A stretch of 64,000 nt of DNA from positions 2,658 through 66,657 of the forward strand of contig CAZENR010000007.1 of assembly GCA_964513925.1 (NCBI GenBank), given 5' to 3'. Shown here piece after piece: positions 35,547 through 46,179 of this stretch. The position numbers and the translations under genes are program-made. Origin of the DNA: an uncultured Candidatus Peribacteria bacterium. GTDB lineage: Bacteria; Patescibacteriota; Gracilibacteria; Peribacterales; Peribacteraceae. The stretch's first letter is position 1. The number at the start of each line of letters is the position of its first letter. The notes under the pieces are model-generated. The model did not search any database. It was not told where the DNA came from and saw only the letters and a list, made by a program, of their open reading frames with translations.

Positions 35547-36250
35547 GTGCGATCTCGCACCCGATGCTCACGAACGATGCGGCCTTTTTCCACGTACAGA
35601 ATGCGGTGGCAGAGCCGCTCCAGGTGTCCATGTTCATGACTGACGATGATTGCAGACGCGCCGCTCTCGCGCATGGCATCAAGTTTTTGCCAGCACTGTT
35701 TCCGGAATTCTTCATCACCTACGGCAAGGATTTCGTCGAACAAATACATGTCCGCATCGATATGCGACGCGGCTGCAAACCCAAGACGCATTTGCATGCC
35801 AAGACTGAAGCATTTCAGCGGCAAATCCCTGTGCGATTGCACGCCGGCGTATGCGATGATCTCATCGATGCGCGAGCGTATGACCGCCGGAGGCAATCCG
35901 TGCAGCAGTCCGTGCATGTAAATATTCTCGGCAGCCGTGCGCTCTGGATGGAATCCAACACCCAACTCAAAAAAGCACGCGCTCGTACCCTTGCGTTCCA
36001 CCGTGCCCTCGTCTGCTTCCAGCAGCCCAGCCAGTATTTTCATCAATGTCGTTTTGCCGCTGCCGTTGGGGCCGTAGATTCCCACCCATTCTCCCCGATT
36101 TACAGTGAGCGACACACCGTCAACTGCCGTGTGCTCCCACATTTTGCGATGACGCCTCCAGCGCAACAGGCGCTCCTGCAGCATGACTGACGGAATAGTG
36201 GAGTAGCGGTACCTCTTGCGAATGCCGGTGCAGGATATGACGTGTGGCAT
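35543..36250 (-). CDS. wzt: Polysaccharide/teichoic-acid-type ABC exporter ATPase (Wzt/TagH-like, NBD only)
   Basis: Walker A GPNGSGKTTL, SLGMQMRLGFA, Walker B YLFDEILAVGD. Start ATG 36250 overlaps the permease stop (TAATG). No C-terminal carbohydrate-binding extension. Confidence 0.85.
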   Translation of the reverse strand: MPHVISCTGIRKRYRYSTIPSVMLQERLLRWRRHRKMWEHTAVDGVSLTVNRGEWVGIYGPNGSGKTTLMKILAGLLEADEGTVERKGTSACFFELGVGFHPERTAAENIYMHGLLHGLPPAVIRSRIDEIIAYAGVQSHRDLPLKCFSLGMQMRLGFAAASHIDADMYLFDEILAVGDEEFRKQCWQKLDAMRESGASAIIVSHEHGHLERLCHRILYVEKGRIVREHRVRDRT

Positions 36251-37092
36251 TAGTACTCTTGGACGAATGAGCGGCTTCTGTGGCGAAACACCAGCATGCC
36301 TGCCAGGAATACGCCCATGCACAACGCGGTCGTGGATGCCACGTGCATGACGCTAGGCATGCCGAGCGTTTGGGCGTAGAGCACCGATCGCCGCAGGTCG
36401 TACAACAGCAGCGATAACGGCTGGAAATGGATGATGGCATCGAGCACCGATGACAAAGACAACGTGAATCCGCTGAAGAAGCGCTGCGCCGCCAATCGAA
36501 ACGGCCCCTCAATATCGTGCGGATATGCAATCGGCGTAAGCCAGAACAACACTTGCAGCGCTACTGCCCACAAGTGGGGAATGTCGCGGAATTTCAGCGA
36601 GAACGAACTGAGAAGCATGCCGATTCCCAGCGCAAGCAACGTTGCTTGTATGGCAGTGACCAATACATACGCTGCGCCAATATCCAGGCGCATGCCGAAC
36701 AAGGATCCCACGACAAAGAAAATACCCAGGTAGGTACCAAGAATAATCATGTGCAGCCAGCCCGTACTCAACATAAGCACGATTCTCGGAAAGGCCACTT
36801 TTTGTACCAGCGATGCTTTTTCCACCAATGTGGACATGCATGCGGTGGTAGTCAGGGAGAAATGCTCCCACATCACAATGCCCAGGAACAAGTACAGGGG
36901 ATACGACGGAATGGATTCCGACACGAACGGTCGGAACACATGGAGGATCACGACGAACTTGGTAAGAGGCAGGGCCAGCGACCAGCAGTACCCCAATACC
37001 GAACCGCGGTACTTGAGTGCAAAGTCGCTCCACCCCATCGCCAAGACAATACGTAGCGTCTGCAAGGGGCCGAAACGGCGTTTCGCGCACAT
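36250..37092 (-). CDS. wzm: ABC-2-type polysaccharide exporter permease (Wzm/TagG-like)
   Basis: 280 aa, 6 TM. N-terminal WSDFALKYRGSVLGYCWSLALPL is typical of ABC-2 permeases. Confidence 0.85.
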   Translation of the reverse strand: MCAKRRFGPLQTLRIVLAMGWSDFALKYRGSVLGYCWSLALPLTKFVVILHVFRPFVSESIPSYPLYLFLGIVMWEHFSLTTTACMSTLVEKASLVQKVAFPRIVLMLSTGWLHMIILGTYLGIFFVVGSLFGMRLDIGAAYVLVTAIQATLLALGIGMLLSSFSLKFRDIPHLWAVALQVLFWLTPIAYPHDIEGPFRLAAQRFFSGFTLSLSSVLDAIIHFQPLSLLLYDLRRSVLYAQTLGMPSVMHVASTTALCMGVFLAGMLVFRHRSRSFVQEY

Positions 37093-37156
37093 GCAAGCAT
37101 GCTAGCACACAAGATCCCTTGAGCTACGGACGCAGCAGCTCTACCCTCGTGCGTGC

Positions 37157-37444
37157 ATGCCGGAAGTCACCTTCGTCCAATCCAATGGCCAAGTCACCAA
37201 AGTTCAGGCGAACAACGGGGACACCTTGCTAAAAGTTGCGCTGGATAACGGGATTCCGGTGGAGCATGCCTGTGGCGGCAACGGTTTTTGCACCACATGC
37301 ATGTGTAATGTGAAGGACGGAATGGCGAATCTTTCGCCAAGAAACGACCGGGAAGAAAACATGGGTGTGGCAGATGACCCCAAGCGCTTAAGCTGCCAAG
37401 CGCAGGTGCAAGGCGATGTGACTGTGGAGGTGGTCGACTACTAA
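37157..37444 (+). CDS. fdx: 2Fe-2S ferredoxin
   Basis: 95 aa. ACGGNGFCTTCMC...LSCQ cysteine pattern on a beta-grasp-sized protein. Confidence 0.8.
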   Translation: MPEVTFVQSNGQVTKVQANNGDTLLKVALDNGIPVEHACGGNGFCTTCMCNVKDGMANLSPRNDREENMGVADDPKRLSCQAQVQGDVTVEVVDY

Positions 37445-37453
37445 TGCCGAGAC

Positions 37454-38218
37454 TTATTTTGACGAGAGGGCGGTGATTTTCTGCTTTACGCCTTCGTTGT
37501 ACGGCTCGATGCGGTTGATGCGGCGGTAAACCTCCTCCGCCTTTTCCGGTTGGTTGAGCTGTAAGTAACACTCTGCCAGAAGATTAAGCAATTCGGTGTC
37601 GCGCGCAAGGCGCAGCACTGCTTTTTCCAGAAGCGGAGCCGCATCCGCAAAACGCTTGGCAGCGATGCATGCGCGCCCCAGGGCGGCCGAGCGTTCCGGT
37701 GTTTGAGGGTCGCGATTTAGAGCTTCTTGGTAGGCATAGCAAGCATCAACGAACTTGCCCTGTTTGTAGTAGGCGAGTCCCAAGTTTGCATAAAACGAGA
37801 CATCCTCGCGCTTGGTAATCAGCTCCTTGTACAGAGCTTCAGCCTTCGCTTCGCGTCCGGTGGTCAGGTACAACTTTGCCAAATGTGCCTGCACGTCCGG
37901 AGCTTCGGGTTGAATGGTCAGAGCCTGGATGAACAGGTGTTCCGCCTTATCCACGTTTTGCAGCGCAATTTCTTTCTCGGCGGAACGCAATAGCGAGCGC
38001 ACCTTTTGCAGCTCGATAGCGGATGTGCGGGGGTTCTTGCGAGGCTTGGAGATAACTTGTTCGTCAACCAATTTGGCGCCGCGCTCTTCTATGGACTGAA
38101 ATTTGCCTTTCATGGAGCGTACCAAGCGCCGCACCATGCGGTGACGCAGCAAGATGCGCAGCAGCAGCAAGGCTGCAATGCCAAAAAGCGATGCGCAGAA
38201 GACAACAAGGTAAATCAT
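37454..38218 (-). CDS. TPR-repeat protein with N-terminal TM anchor
   Basis: MIYLVVFCASLFGIAALLLL TM, then about 5 TPR-like units (AEHLFIQALTIQPEAPDV..., ALYKELITKRED..., ACYAYQEALNRDPQ..., EEVYRRINRIEPYN). Confidence 0.75.
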   Translation of the reverse strand: MIYLVVFCASLFGIAALLLLRILLRHRMVRRLVRSMKGKFQSIEERGAKLVDEQVISKPRKNPRTSAIELQKVRSLLRSAEKEIALQNVDKAEHLFIQALTIQPEAPDVQAHLAKLYLTTGREAKAEALYKELITKREDVSFYANLGLAYYKQGKFVDACYAYQEALNRDPQTPERSAALGRACIAAKRFADAAPLLEKAVLRLARDTELLNLLAECYLQLNQPEKAEEVYRRINRIEPYNEGVKQKITALSSK

Positions 38219-38237
38219 GTGGCAAATCAGACTACCA

Positions 38238-39218
38238 CTATTCCCCGTCCAATGCCAGTGCGAAGCGCTCTAGGAGCAATCCGCGGTGGGCATTGGTATG
38301 CAGTCCGTTTACCAGTTCCACGTATGCGGACGTAGACCGTACCCGGGTAGGGGAAGCCGGCGTCTCGCGCAGCGTTAATCCCAAGTGCAGTAGCATGGCA
38401 TCTGCGAGCTCCGGGTGTTCCAAGAACGATGTGATCCAGGGCAGGCGCTCGTATGCGTTGTGCGAGCGCCAAAATTGCCGCGCCTGCATATGCAGCTGCT
38501 TCTCCTGTCGCAGCGTGTCCGGGTCCTGCAGTAATCGTATTGCCTTGCCGGGTGCGCCTTGGCACAGGTGCAGCACGAATGCCGCATCGTCCGGATCGGC
38601 ATTGGCAACCAGCGGGCGCAATTCCTTTGGATTGGGGGTATGGAACTTCATGACCCGGGTTCGCGAGAGAACGGTGCTTAATACCCTGGCGTCGGATTCT
38701 GCAGTGAGTATGAACACGACGCGTGGCGGAGGCTCTTCCAATACCTTCAGCAGTGCATTTGCCGCCGCTGGTTGCATGCGTTCCACCGAACGCACGAGAC
38801 AGGCGAAGTACTTGCTGCTGCCCGTGTCGTACAGCCGCTCCTGCATGGCGCGCACTTCGTCGATGCCGATGGAATCGGTACGGGCCTTTGGCGGCTTGGA
38901 ACGGTGTTGTTGCGAAATATTGGAGTACTTGCTTATCAGTGCCCAATCATCGCAGATATCTTCAATCCAAAGCTGATCTACACAAAGGAAGTCCGGGTGA
39001 ATAAGGCGCTCCATCTGGTCGCGGACGCCGGGCTTCCGTTCCGGTGGCAGCCCTTCCGCCAACAATTGCCAGGCGAACCAGCGTGCAACGGAAAACTTGC
39101 CAATGTGCTTCGGTCCGGTGAACAAGTACGCATGCGATACGTTGTCCTTGGCAATATCCTGCAGCAACTGGCCGCACTGCTTGCCGTGGCCGATGATCTG
39201 TGAGGGGATGGGTGCCAT
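38238..39218 (-). CDS. holB: DNA polymerase III delta' subunit
   Basis: HAYLFTGPKHIGKFSVARWFA, VFILTAESDARVLSTVLSRT (T.xSR sensor-like block). Length 326 aa. Confidence 0.8.
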   Translation of the reverse strand: MAPIPSQIIGHGKQCGQLLQDIAKDNVSHAYLFTGPKHIGKFSVARWFAWQLLAEGLPPERKPGVRDQMERLIHPDFLCVDQLWIEDICDDWALISKYSNISQQHRSKPPKARTDSIGIDEVRAMQERLYDTGSSKYFACLVRSVERMQPAAANALLKVLEEPPPRVVFILTAESDARVLSTVLSRTRVMKFHTPNPKELRPLVANADPDDAAFVLHLCQGAPGKAIRLLQDPDTLRQEKQLHMQARQFWRSHNAYERLPWITSFLEHPELADAMLLHLGLTLRETPASPTRVRSTSAYVELVNGLHTNAHRGLLLERFALALDGE

Positions 39219-39267
39219 GGAAACGGCATTCTACTGGAACATCGCCCCTTAGCTCCACGGAGTTTTA

Positions 39268-41934
39268 TTACTCCTCCTGGCCGTGGCATTTCTTATACTT
39301 CTTGCCGCTTCCGCACGGACAGGGGTCGTTGCGGCCCACTTTGGGAGCGGCGATTTTTGCAGCTCGGCTGCCTTCGCCACGGGTGACCGGACGGATGGGG
39401 TTCACACCAAGCGTGGACTGTAAATTGTCTTGGATTTGATCCTCGTTGGTCTGCAACGACTCCTCCTCGGGCTGGCGCGCGGCTTGTTGTGCGAACTGGT
39501 TGAAGTCTGCCTGCAGCAACACGCGCACCATGGTGGATGAGATGTTGTTGAGCAGCTTCTGGAACAGCTGGAAACCGCGGTCTTGATATTCGATGAGCGG
39601 ATCGCGCTGCGCATACCCCGAGAACGCAACCTGCTCGCGCAAATGCGCCATGGTGTCGATGTGGTCCATCCAGTGCGTATCGATTGACTGCAGCACGATG
39701 ATGCGCTCGGCGCGGCGGACCGTGTCCGCAGGATAGAATTCGGATTTCTTCGCGTAAAAAGACACGACCAGCGCAGTCAGCACCTCGGTCAGCTTTTCGC
39801 GCTCGAGACACCGCCTCAATTCTTCCACACTGATTGCAGACCCCAATTGCGGGTGCAGCGCGCCAACTGCCTCCAGCATTTCCGCAAACTTCCACTGAGA
39901 ATCATCATCACCCATGGTGTGCGTTTCCACGATTGCCGCAACTTCCTTGCGCATGGCTTCCAGAGCCTCCTCATGCAGGAAATCTTTGCCCTGCTCGGCA
40001 ACAGTTGCACCTTCCGCAATCTTCACCAAAATCTTCTGGCGCCGCTTGTACATGATTTCGCGATGCTTGTTCATGACGTCGTCGTACTGCACAACGTGGC
40101 GGCGGATATCGAAGTTGCGTCCCTCCACCTTCTTCTGCGCGCTTTCAATGGAACGACTGACAAGGGGGTTCTCCAGCGGTACGTCATCCGGCACTTTCAG
40201 GCGCTCCATCATTGCCTTCAGGCGGTCACCGCCGAACAAGCGCATGAGCTCGTCTTCCATGGAGACGAAGAACTGACTTTCTCCCGGGTCGCCCTGGCGC
40301 CCCGAGCGTCCGCGCAGCTGGTTGTCTATGCGTCGAGCTTCGTGGCGCTCCGTACCTAAAATTGCCAGACCGCCCAATTCCTGTACGCCGGATGCGAGCT
40401 TGATGTCGGTACCGCGACCGGCCATGTTCGTGGCAATGGTGACGGCGCCGCGCTCACCCGCCTTCGCTACGATGTCGGCCTCTTTTTCATGGTGCTTGGC
40501 GTTCAGCACCGTGTGCGGAATGTTCATGTCCGTAAGTAGGCTGCTCATTGCTTCGGATTTCTCAATGCTGGTCGTACCGATCAGCACAGGTTGCCCCTTT
40601 ACGTGCTTTTCCTGCGCGATCTTCGCTACCGCAGTGAACTTGGCCTTCACGGTGCGGTACACCGCGTCAGACCTGTCCTGCCGGATCATGGGACGGTGCG
40701 TGGGGATGACGATGGTGTTCAGCTTATAAATTGACTGGAACTCTTCTTCCTCGGTCTTGGCGGTACCGGTCATGCCGGCAAGCTTGGAGTACAAGCGGAA
40801 GTAGTTCTGGAAGGTGATGGTTGCCAGCGTCTTGCTCTCACGCTGCACCGGCACGTTCTCCTTGGCCTCTATGGCCTGGTGCAAGCCGTGGCTGTAGCGG
40901 CGGCCCGGCATAAGGCGCCCGGTGAATTCGTCGACAATAATCACTTCGCCGTCCTTGACCACGTAATCGACATCGCGCTGGTAAATGGCATGCGCGCGCA
41001 ATGCCTGCTCTATGTGGTGCACTTCCTCGAAGCCCTTTTCGGTGTAAATGTTCTCCACGCCGAGAAGCTGCTCCATCTTTTTAATTCCTTCCTCGGTGAG
41101 CGTGGCGGCACGCTGCTTCTCGTCTTTGAGGAAATGCGTGTGTTCCGCCAGCTGCAACACGTGCTTGGCGTACACGCCGTACTTCAGCGTGGACTCTGCT
41201 GCAGGCTGACTGATGATGAGCGGAGTGCGTGCTTCGTCGATGAGGATGGAGTCTACTTCGTCCACGATGGCGTAGTTCAACCCGCGTTGTACCTGGCGAT
41301 CCAGCGTCCCCGCCATGTTGTCGCGCAGGTAGTCGAAGCCGTATTCGTTATTGGTGCCATACGTAACGTCGCTTGCGTACGCCTCTTTGCGCTGGTCTTG
41401 GTTGAGGCCATGCACGATGGTGCCAACACTCAATCCAAGGGTCTTGTACAACACTCCCATCCAGTGGCTGTCGCGTTTGGCCAAGTAGTCGTTTACGGTG
41501 ACAACGTGCACGCCCTTCCCCGAGAGTGCGTTTAGATACACGGGCAACGTGCATACCAGCGTCTTGCCTTCACCCGTTTTCATTTCGGCGATGTTGCCAC
41601 GGTGCAATGCTGCGCCGCCGATGATCTGCACATCGAAGGGGATCATGTTCCATTCAAATGTCTGCGCGCCAATCTGCTCCTTGTGTCCTACCAGGAGTTC
41701 GCACGCCCGGATTGCCGTGGCAAAGGCCTCCGGCAACAAGGCATCCAGCGACTCGCCTTTGGCAATGCGGTCTTTGAATTCCGCGGTTTTGCCCGGCAGT
41801 TGCTCCTTGGTCAAATGCTTGATCTTGTCGTTACGTCCGGCCTCGCGCACTTGCTGCACGATGGGCTGAAGCTTTTTCAGCTCCTTTTTGTTGGGGTCGC
41901 CAAGCAGTTTGTTGAGAGTGTCGATGACGGACAT
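39268..41934 (-). CDS. secA: Preprotein translocase ATPase SecA
   Basis: MKTGEGKT (Walker A), [30 protein letters not shown]-terminal zinc finger [14 protein letters not shown]. Confidence 0.97.
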   Translation of the reverse strand: MSVIDTLNKLLGDPNKKELKKLQPIVQQVREAGRNDKIKHLTKEQLPGKTAEFKDRIAKGESLDALLPEAFATAIRACELLVGHKEQIGAQTFEWNMIPFDVQIIGGAALHRGNIAEMKTGEGKTLVCTLPVYLNALSGKGVHVVTVNDYLAKRDSHWMGVLYKTLGLSVGTIVHGLNQDQRKEAYASDVTYGTNNEYGFDYLRDNMAGTLDRQVQRGLNYAIVDEVDSILIDEARTPLIISQPAAESTLKYGVYAKHVLQLAEHTHFLKDEKQRAATLTEEGIKKMEQLLGVENIYTEKGFEEVHHIEQALRAHAIYQRDVDYVVKDGEVIIVDEFTGRLMPGRRYSHGLHQAIEAKENVPVQRESKTLATITFQNYFRLYSKLAGMTGTAKTEEEEFQSIYKLNTIVIPTHRPMIRQDRSDAVYRTVKAKFTAVAKIAQEKHVKGQPVLIGTTSIEKSEAMSSLLTDMNIPHTVLNAKHHEKEADIVAKAGERGAVTIATNMAGRGTDIKLASGVQELGGLAILGTERHEARRIDNQLRGRSGRQGDPGESQFFVSMEDELMRLFGGDRLKAMMERLKVPDDVPLENPLVSRSIESAQKKVEGRNFDIRRHVVQYDDVMNKHREIMYKRRQKILVKIAEGATVAEQGKDFLHEEALEAMRKEVAAIVETHTMGDDDSQWKFAEMLEAVGALHPQLGSAISVEELRRCLEREKLTEVLTALVVSFYAKKSEFYPADTVRRAERIIVLQSIDTHWMDHIDTMAHLREQVAFSGYAQRDPLIEYQDRGFQLFQKLLNNISSTMVRVLLQADFNQFAQQAARQPEEESLQTNEDQIQDNLQSTLGVNPIRPVTRGEGSRAAKIAAPKVGRNDPCPCGSGKKYKKCHGQEE

Positions 41935-41979
41935 AAGAAGTGAGGGGTGCTCAAGGATACCAGCCCTTGCCCGACCAGG

Positions 41980-42582
41980 CTACGCTCCCCGCCCGTACCA
42001 GGGAAGGAGTGTTTTTTTGTCGTACGAGAGTTGTTCCACCACATCGGGCAAGACGGCTTCCACGGGGCGGGGGTTTGCGATCAACTGCATGCCTATTAGC
42101 AACGCCGCGTGTTCGGGTATCAATTCCCCGGCCCAGGCCGCCTGCTTCGGCAAGTGCGCAGCCTCCTCTACGGATAGGAGCACAGGCTCTGGCCAACGAG
42201 CGGCGTACGCGCCCATCCCGCGGGCAAACATGTGCGTTTTCTTCGTGGAATGCAGCCACATCCAGTCCCGTTCTTGTATGCGGTGTTTCCATACATCGCT
42301 GGCGTGCACGGCAGCGGCTGGCACGTTCAAGCCGTAGGCCAATGCATTCACAATGCTCATTTGCACACGAAGCGTCATGAAGCCGCCGGGTCCGGCGATG
42401 GTGGCTATGCGCTCTATGTCCTGGAGCGTACACCCTGCATCACGCACAAATGCTTCCAGCTGAGGCAGGAACGCAGCTTCGTCACGACTGTCTTCTACGC
42501 GCGACATGCCTATAACAGCTTTTTCGCCGACGAGGGCAAGCAGCTTCTCCGCACCGGCCAGATCTACGTACAAGGTTCTCAC
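41980..42582 (-). CDS. tsaB: tRNA t6A biosynthesis protein TsaB (YeaZ/M22-like)
   Basis: IATIAGPGGFMTLRVQMSIVNALAYGLNVP matches the 'GPGSFTGLRIG...A.gla' block. GTG start at 42582. Confidence 0.75.
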   Translation of the reverse strand: MRTLYVDLAGAEKLLALVGEKAVIGMSRVEDSRDEAAFLPQLEAFVRDAGCTLQDIERIATIAGPGGFMTLRVQMSIVNALAYGLNVPAAAVHASDVWKHRIQERDWMWLHSTKKTHMFARGMGAYAARWPEPVLLSVEEAAHLPKQAAWAGELIPEHAALLIGMQLIANPRPVEAVLPDVVEQLSYDKKTLLPWYGRGA

Positions 42583-42618
42583 TCACACACACTACCAGAG
42601 CAGGTATGATACGTATCC

Positions 42619-43455
42619 ATGGCGTTACTCTCCGTTGTCATTCCCACCCACCGGCGCGCCGATATCTTGGTGCAATGCCTGGAGTGCCTTGAGCGGCAAA
42701 CCATTGCAGCCGACCTGGATGTGATCGTGGTAAGCGACGGACACGATGACAAGACGGCAGCACTGTTTGTAAGCCCTGCTTGGCGATTTGCGCTGCGCTT
42801 CATCGAGGTGCCAAAAAGCCAGCAGGGCGTTGCCCGCAATGCGGGCGTGGCGTTAGCGACTGCCCCGCGTACCTTGTTTATTGGTGATGACATTTTGCTG
42901 GATGCCAATGCATGTGCCGTCCATGCCAAGCCGCTGCGTGCGGATGCTGCAGTGCTGGGGTTTTCCACGTGGGATCCGGCGTGCGGCATTACGCCGGTGA
43001 TGCGCTGGCTGGAGGCGTCTGGCTGGCAGTTTGGGTATCCGCAACTTGCGCGCTATGCGCATGCCGCACTTCCCACAGAGCGCCAACATCTTTTTACGTA
43101 CACCAGCCATATCAGCTTGCCCACTCCGACCGCCAAGGCGCATGCCTTCCGCGAGGACATCCGCATGTACGGCTGGGAAGATGTGGAGTGGGGCATGCGA
43201 CTCTGCGCATCGGGTGTGCCCTTATTCTACGAGCCCTCCGCCCGCGCATTGCACCACCACCACATCGAGCTGCCCCAGTCGCTGGAGCGCATGCGTACGC
43301 TGGGAAGGTCTGCAGTGGAGCTCAAGAAGAGCGTGCCACACTTCGATCGCGTGCCATCGGGGGCAAAGCTGCTGGCGTATCAGTTGCTAGGGATGTTTCC
43401 TACGATGGCGGGCAAACATCGGCGAGCGTTCCTGGAGGGATGCCTGTCTCTTTAG
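42619..43455 (+). CDS. Family 2 glycosyltransferase
   Basis: LSVVIPTHRRADILVQCLECLERQT, VIVVSDGHDD, GVARNAG. Confidence 0.85.
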   Translation: MALLSVVIPTHRRADILVQCLECLERQTIAADLDVIVVSDGHDDKTAALFVSPAWRFALRFIEVPKSQQGVARNAGVALATAPRTLFIGDDILLDANACAVHAKPLRADAAVLGFSTWDPACGITPVMRWLEASGWQFGYPQLARYAHAALPTERQHLFTYTSHISLPTPTAKAHAFREDIRMYGWEDVEWGMRLCASGVPLFYEPSARALHHHHIELPQSLERMRTLGRSAVELKKSVPHFDRVPSGAKLLAYQLLGMFPTMAGKHRRAFLEGCLSL

Positions 43456-43536
43456 GGCAAGAACAAGCCAATGGTAGACCTTGGGGGCATATGTTTTTTG
43501 CCGTGAGAAACCTCCTTCACTAGCATCGCGGTCTTC

Positions 43537-44826
43537 ATGAAACATTCTTTGCTCAAACCCCGGCCAGAGAGCGTAGAAGAAGATTTTGAAGCAATTTGCT
43601 CCTACGTACATGACAAATATCGCGGAAACGCGTTGCGGCGTCTGCATGCCATCGAGCGAGATGCGCTCACAACACCCATGCACCCTCAGTGCAACGTGTT
43701 CATTACTATTCCCGCCCGTCATAACGAGCAGGGATTGCGACACACTCTGGAATTGTACGCGCAGCAGCATGCAGCGAAGCAGAGCCCCCATTTCGAAGTA
43801 GATGTGTTGATTAACGGTCCGCAAGGCGTCGATTTGTTTGACTCTCCGGCATTCACAGATGCATTTCATGCGTACGAACAACTGAGTATCCCGGTCAACG
43901 TGTTCTTGGCGACATACTCCGCACAAGAGCGTCAAATCGGCCGCATTCGTCGCGATCTTGCGGTACTCACCTTGCGTCGCATGCTCAATAGCGGACATGC
44001 AGACCCGGGAGATGCCGTGCTGGTAACCAACGATGCCGATGCGCGAGACATCGCACCCGAGTACGTTTCCACCCTCGCACAACGCTTTGCATCGAATCCT
44101 TCGATTGCCGGGGCTACGGGATTCATCGATTTGCCGGACGAGGACTTTCGGCAGGATCACGTGTTGTTTGCGGCACACCGCATGTCGCAAATGATCGAGT
44201 CCATCTATCGCGCAAAGCATCCGTTTCACCCGCTCACCATGCGCGGTGGCAGCTCTGCGTTCCGCGTGCGGGATTACGTACGCGCAGGCGGCCATGCCAG
44301 CTCTCGCATCAGCGAGCATCGACATCTGTACCGCTCGCTCGCCAAAGATCCGACTGTTTGCATCGAGCGTCTGCCGCGGGCCGGCGCAACGATCATTACC
44401 GATGCCCGCCGTCAGGTTGCCACGCTTGCCAGCGGAAGACCGGTGACTAACTCTTACCAGAATTTCGGACTTCCGGGGGACGTTGCGGAGCAGTATCAAA
44501 CAGAAGTTCCCCAATCACCGGGCAGGTTGCTGGATAGCGGGAAATTCTTGCATGACTTGCAGGAAGAAGTACGCGCGATGTTCGGGAAATTCGTGTCACT
44601 TCACCAAACATTTGGCGAAGATGCGGCAAGACAGCTCTTTCATCGTGCTGCGTTTTTTGCCGGAATGAAGCTCACCTTCGACGAGCAGGGCAGGGTTTGC
44701 ATCGATAACATCGATGCGCTTTCTGCGGGCATACGTGGTCGTTGGAATGCCGCCCTGGCAATACCTGTCACAGAGGCCTGGGCCGACGAAACACCGCCGC
44801 GCATAGCGGTGTCTTCATATGCCTAA
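43537..44826 (+). CDS. GT-A-fold glycosyltransferase-like protein (divergent)
   Basis: VFITIPARHNEQGLRHTLELYAQQ (like 'vsviIPa.NE...l..tL.sl..Q') and VLVTNDADARDI (DxD). Preferred over the antisense ORF 43387..44514. Confidence 0.55.
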   Translation: MKHSLLKPRPESVEEDFEAICSYVHDKYRGNALRRLHAIERDALTTPMHPQCNVFITIPARHNEQGLRHTLELYAQQHAAKQSPHFEVDVLINGPQGVDLFDSPAFTDAFHAYEQLSIPVNVFLATYSAQERQIGRIRRDLAVLTLRRMLNSGHADPGDAVLVTNDADARDIAPEYVSTLAQRFASNPSIAGATGFIDLPDEDFRQDHVLFAAHRMSQMIESIYRAKHPFHPLTMRGGSSAFRVRDYVRAGGHASSRISEHRHLYRSLAKDPTVCIERLPRAGATIITDARRQVATLASGRPVTNSYQNFGLPGDVAEQYQTEVPQSPGRLLDSGKFLHDLQEEVRAMFGKFVSLHQTFGEDAARQLFHRAAFFAGMKLTFDEQGRVCIDNIDALSAGIRGRWNAALAIPVTEAWADETPPRIAVSSYA

Positions 44827-44852
44827 TTCATTGTGCGAACGGCGCTTTGTTC

Positions 44853-44881
44853 TTGCGTAAAGCCAACTGGACGCGTACAAT
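44853..44881 (+). promoter_or_regulatory. Candidate nusA promoter
   Basis: TTGCGT-17 nt-TACAAT, about 80 nt upstream of ATG 44962. Confidence 0.5.
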
Positions 44882-44961
44882 TGTCCCAGATTCGAGTTTG
44901 CTCACTAGTCCGTTTCTACGGAGTGGTGGCTTCCCCGCATCACCCGTTACCCCCTCCATCC

Positions 44962-46179
44962 ATGAAAGCGTCATTCATCGCAGCCATTAACCAAATCTGC
45001 GCCGAGAAGAACGTAAAGCCAGAAGACGTGCTGGAAGCAGTCAAATTGGCCATTGCTACCGCGTACCGCAAGGACTACGGCAACAAAGAACAGGAAATTC
45101 GCATTGTCCTGCGCGAAGACCAAGACATGCCAAGCGTGCTTCTGGTGAAGGAGGTCGTAGAAGAGGTGTTGAACGAGAACTTCGAAATTTCCGTCAAGGA
45201 TGCCAAGAAAGTAAAACCCGATGCCGAGGAGGGAGATGAAATTGAGATCGATGTCACGCCGGTAGGCTACGGCCGCATTGCCGCCCAGGCCGCAAAGCAG
45301 GTCATTATCCAGAAGCTGCAAGAAGTGGAGAAGAAGAGCTTGTTCGAAATGTTCAAAGACCGTGAGAACGAGCTGCTTACCGCAAGCGTGACCAAGGTGG
45401 AGCCGAACTGGGTGACGCTGGAGGTGGAAGGCATGACCGTTTCGCTGCCGTGGCGCGAGCAAATTCCGGGCGAGCACTACTACACCGGCAAGCGCATTCG
45501 CGTGTATTTGGACAAGGTGGAACTCACCGGTAAGGGTCCTCAGCTGCGCATTTCTCGCACCCATGCCAACTTGGTGCGCAAGTTGCTTGAGCTGGAAATT
45601 CCGGAAATCCGCAACGGCGATGTGCAGATTATGGCCATCGCTCGCGATGCCGGCATGCGCAGCAAGGTTGCAGTGAAGAGCGCCGACGCTCGCATCGACC
45701 CCATTGGCGCCTGCGTGGGCCAGAAGGGCGTGCGCATCCAGGCGGTAATGGAGGAAATCAACGGCGAGCGCGTAGATATGATCGAGTGGTCCGATGATCC
45801 GATTAAGCTCATTTCCACCGCATTGCAGCCTGCATCCATTTCCGCAGTCATCATCGTTAATGCCCAAGAGCACAAAGACGAGGAAGGTCGTGCAATCAAG
45901 AAGCGTGCAGCCGTCTTCGTAGAGGAGGCGCAGCGTCCCATGGCGATTGGCAAGAAGGGGCAGAACATCCGCCTCGCGACCCAGCTCACCGGCTTCGAGT
46001 TGGACATGTACAACTACGAAGAGTTGCCTGCATTCAAGGCCAAGCTTGCCGAGCTGAAGGGCGAAGATGTGGCTGTTGCCATCATCAACCCGCCGGCAGC
46101 AGAGGGTGTCGAAGGTGCCGCAGCGGAAGCTCCTGCCGCTGCCGAGGAGCCGAAGACCGAGGAGAAGAAGGCGGAGTAG
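44962..46179 (+). CDS. nusA: Transcription termination/antitermination factor NusA
   Basis: N-terminus MKASFIAAINQICAEKNVKPEDVLEAVKLAIATAYRK, S1 domain, KH domains GACVGQKGVRIQAV and AIGKKGQNIRLA. Start trimmed to ATG 44962. Confidence 0.92.
   Translation: MKASFIAAINQICAEKNVKPEDVLEAVKLAIATAYRKDYGNKEQEIRIVLREDQDMPSVLLVKEVVEEVLNENFEISVKDAKKVKPDAEEGDEIEIDVTPVGYGRIAAQAAKQVIIQKLQEVEKKSLFEMFKDRENELLTASVTKVEPNWVTLEVEGMTVSLPWREQIPGEHYYTGKRIRVYLDKVELTGKGPQLRISRTHANLVRKLLELEIPEIRNGDVQIMAIARDAGMRSKVAVKSADARIDPIGACVGQKGVRIQAVMEEINGERVDMIEWSDDPIKLISTALQPASISAVIIVNAQEHKDEEGRAIKKRAAVFVEEAQRPMAIGKKGQNIRLATQLTGFELDMYNYEELPAFKAKLAELKGEDVAVAIINPPAAEGVEGAAAEAPAAAEEPKTEEKKAE

Noticed and set aside
35536-35570. 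ATGGAATCCTAGG plus the GGTGCGA-tc-TCGCACC hairpin at the convergent junction of the glycan enzyme and wzt, as a terminator or repeat-family member
   Set aside because: Both elements lie inside coding sequence of one or both genes, no U-run follows, and only a 7-nt word is shared with the repeat family.
43387-44514. 375-aa ORF on the minus strand, antisense to the GT-A-like gene
   Set aside because: The sequence is Arg/Cys/His-rich and has no motifs. The plus-strand ORF has glycosyltransferase-like blocks (IPARHNE..., NDAD). This is a typical shadow ORF in GC-rich coding DNA.
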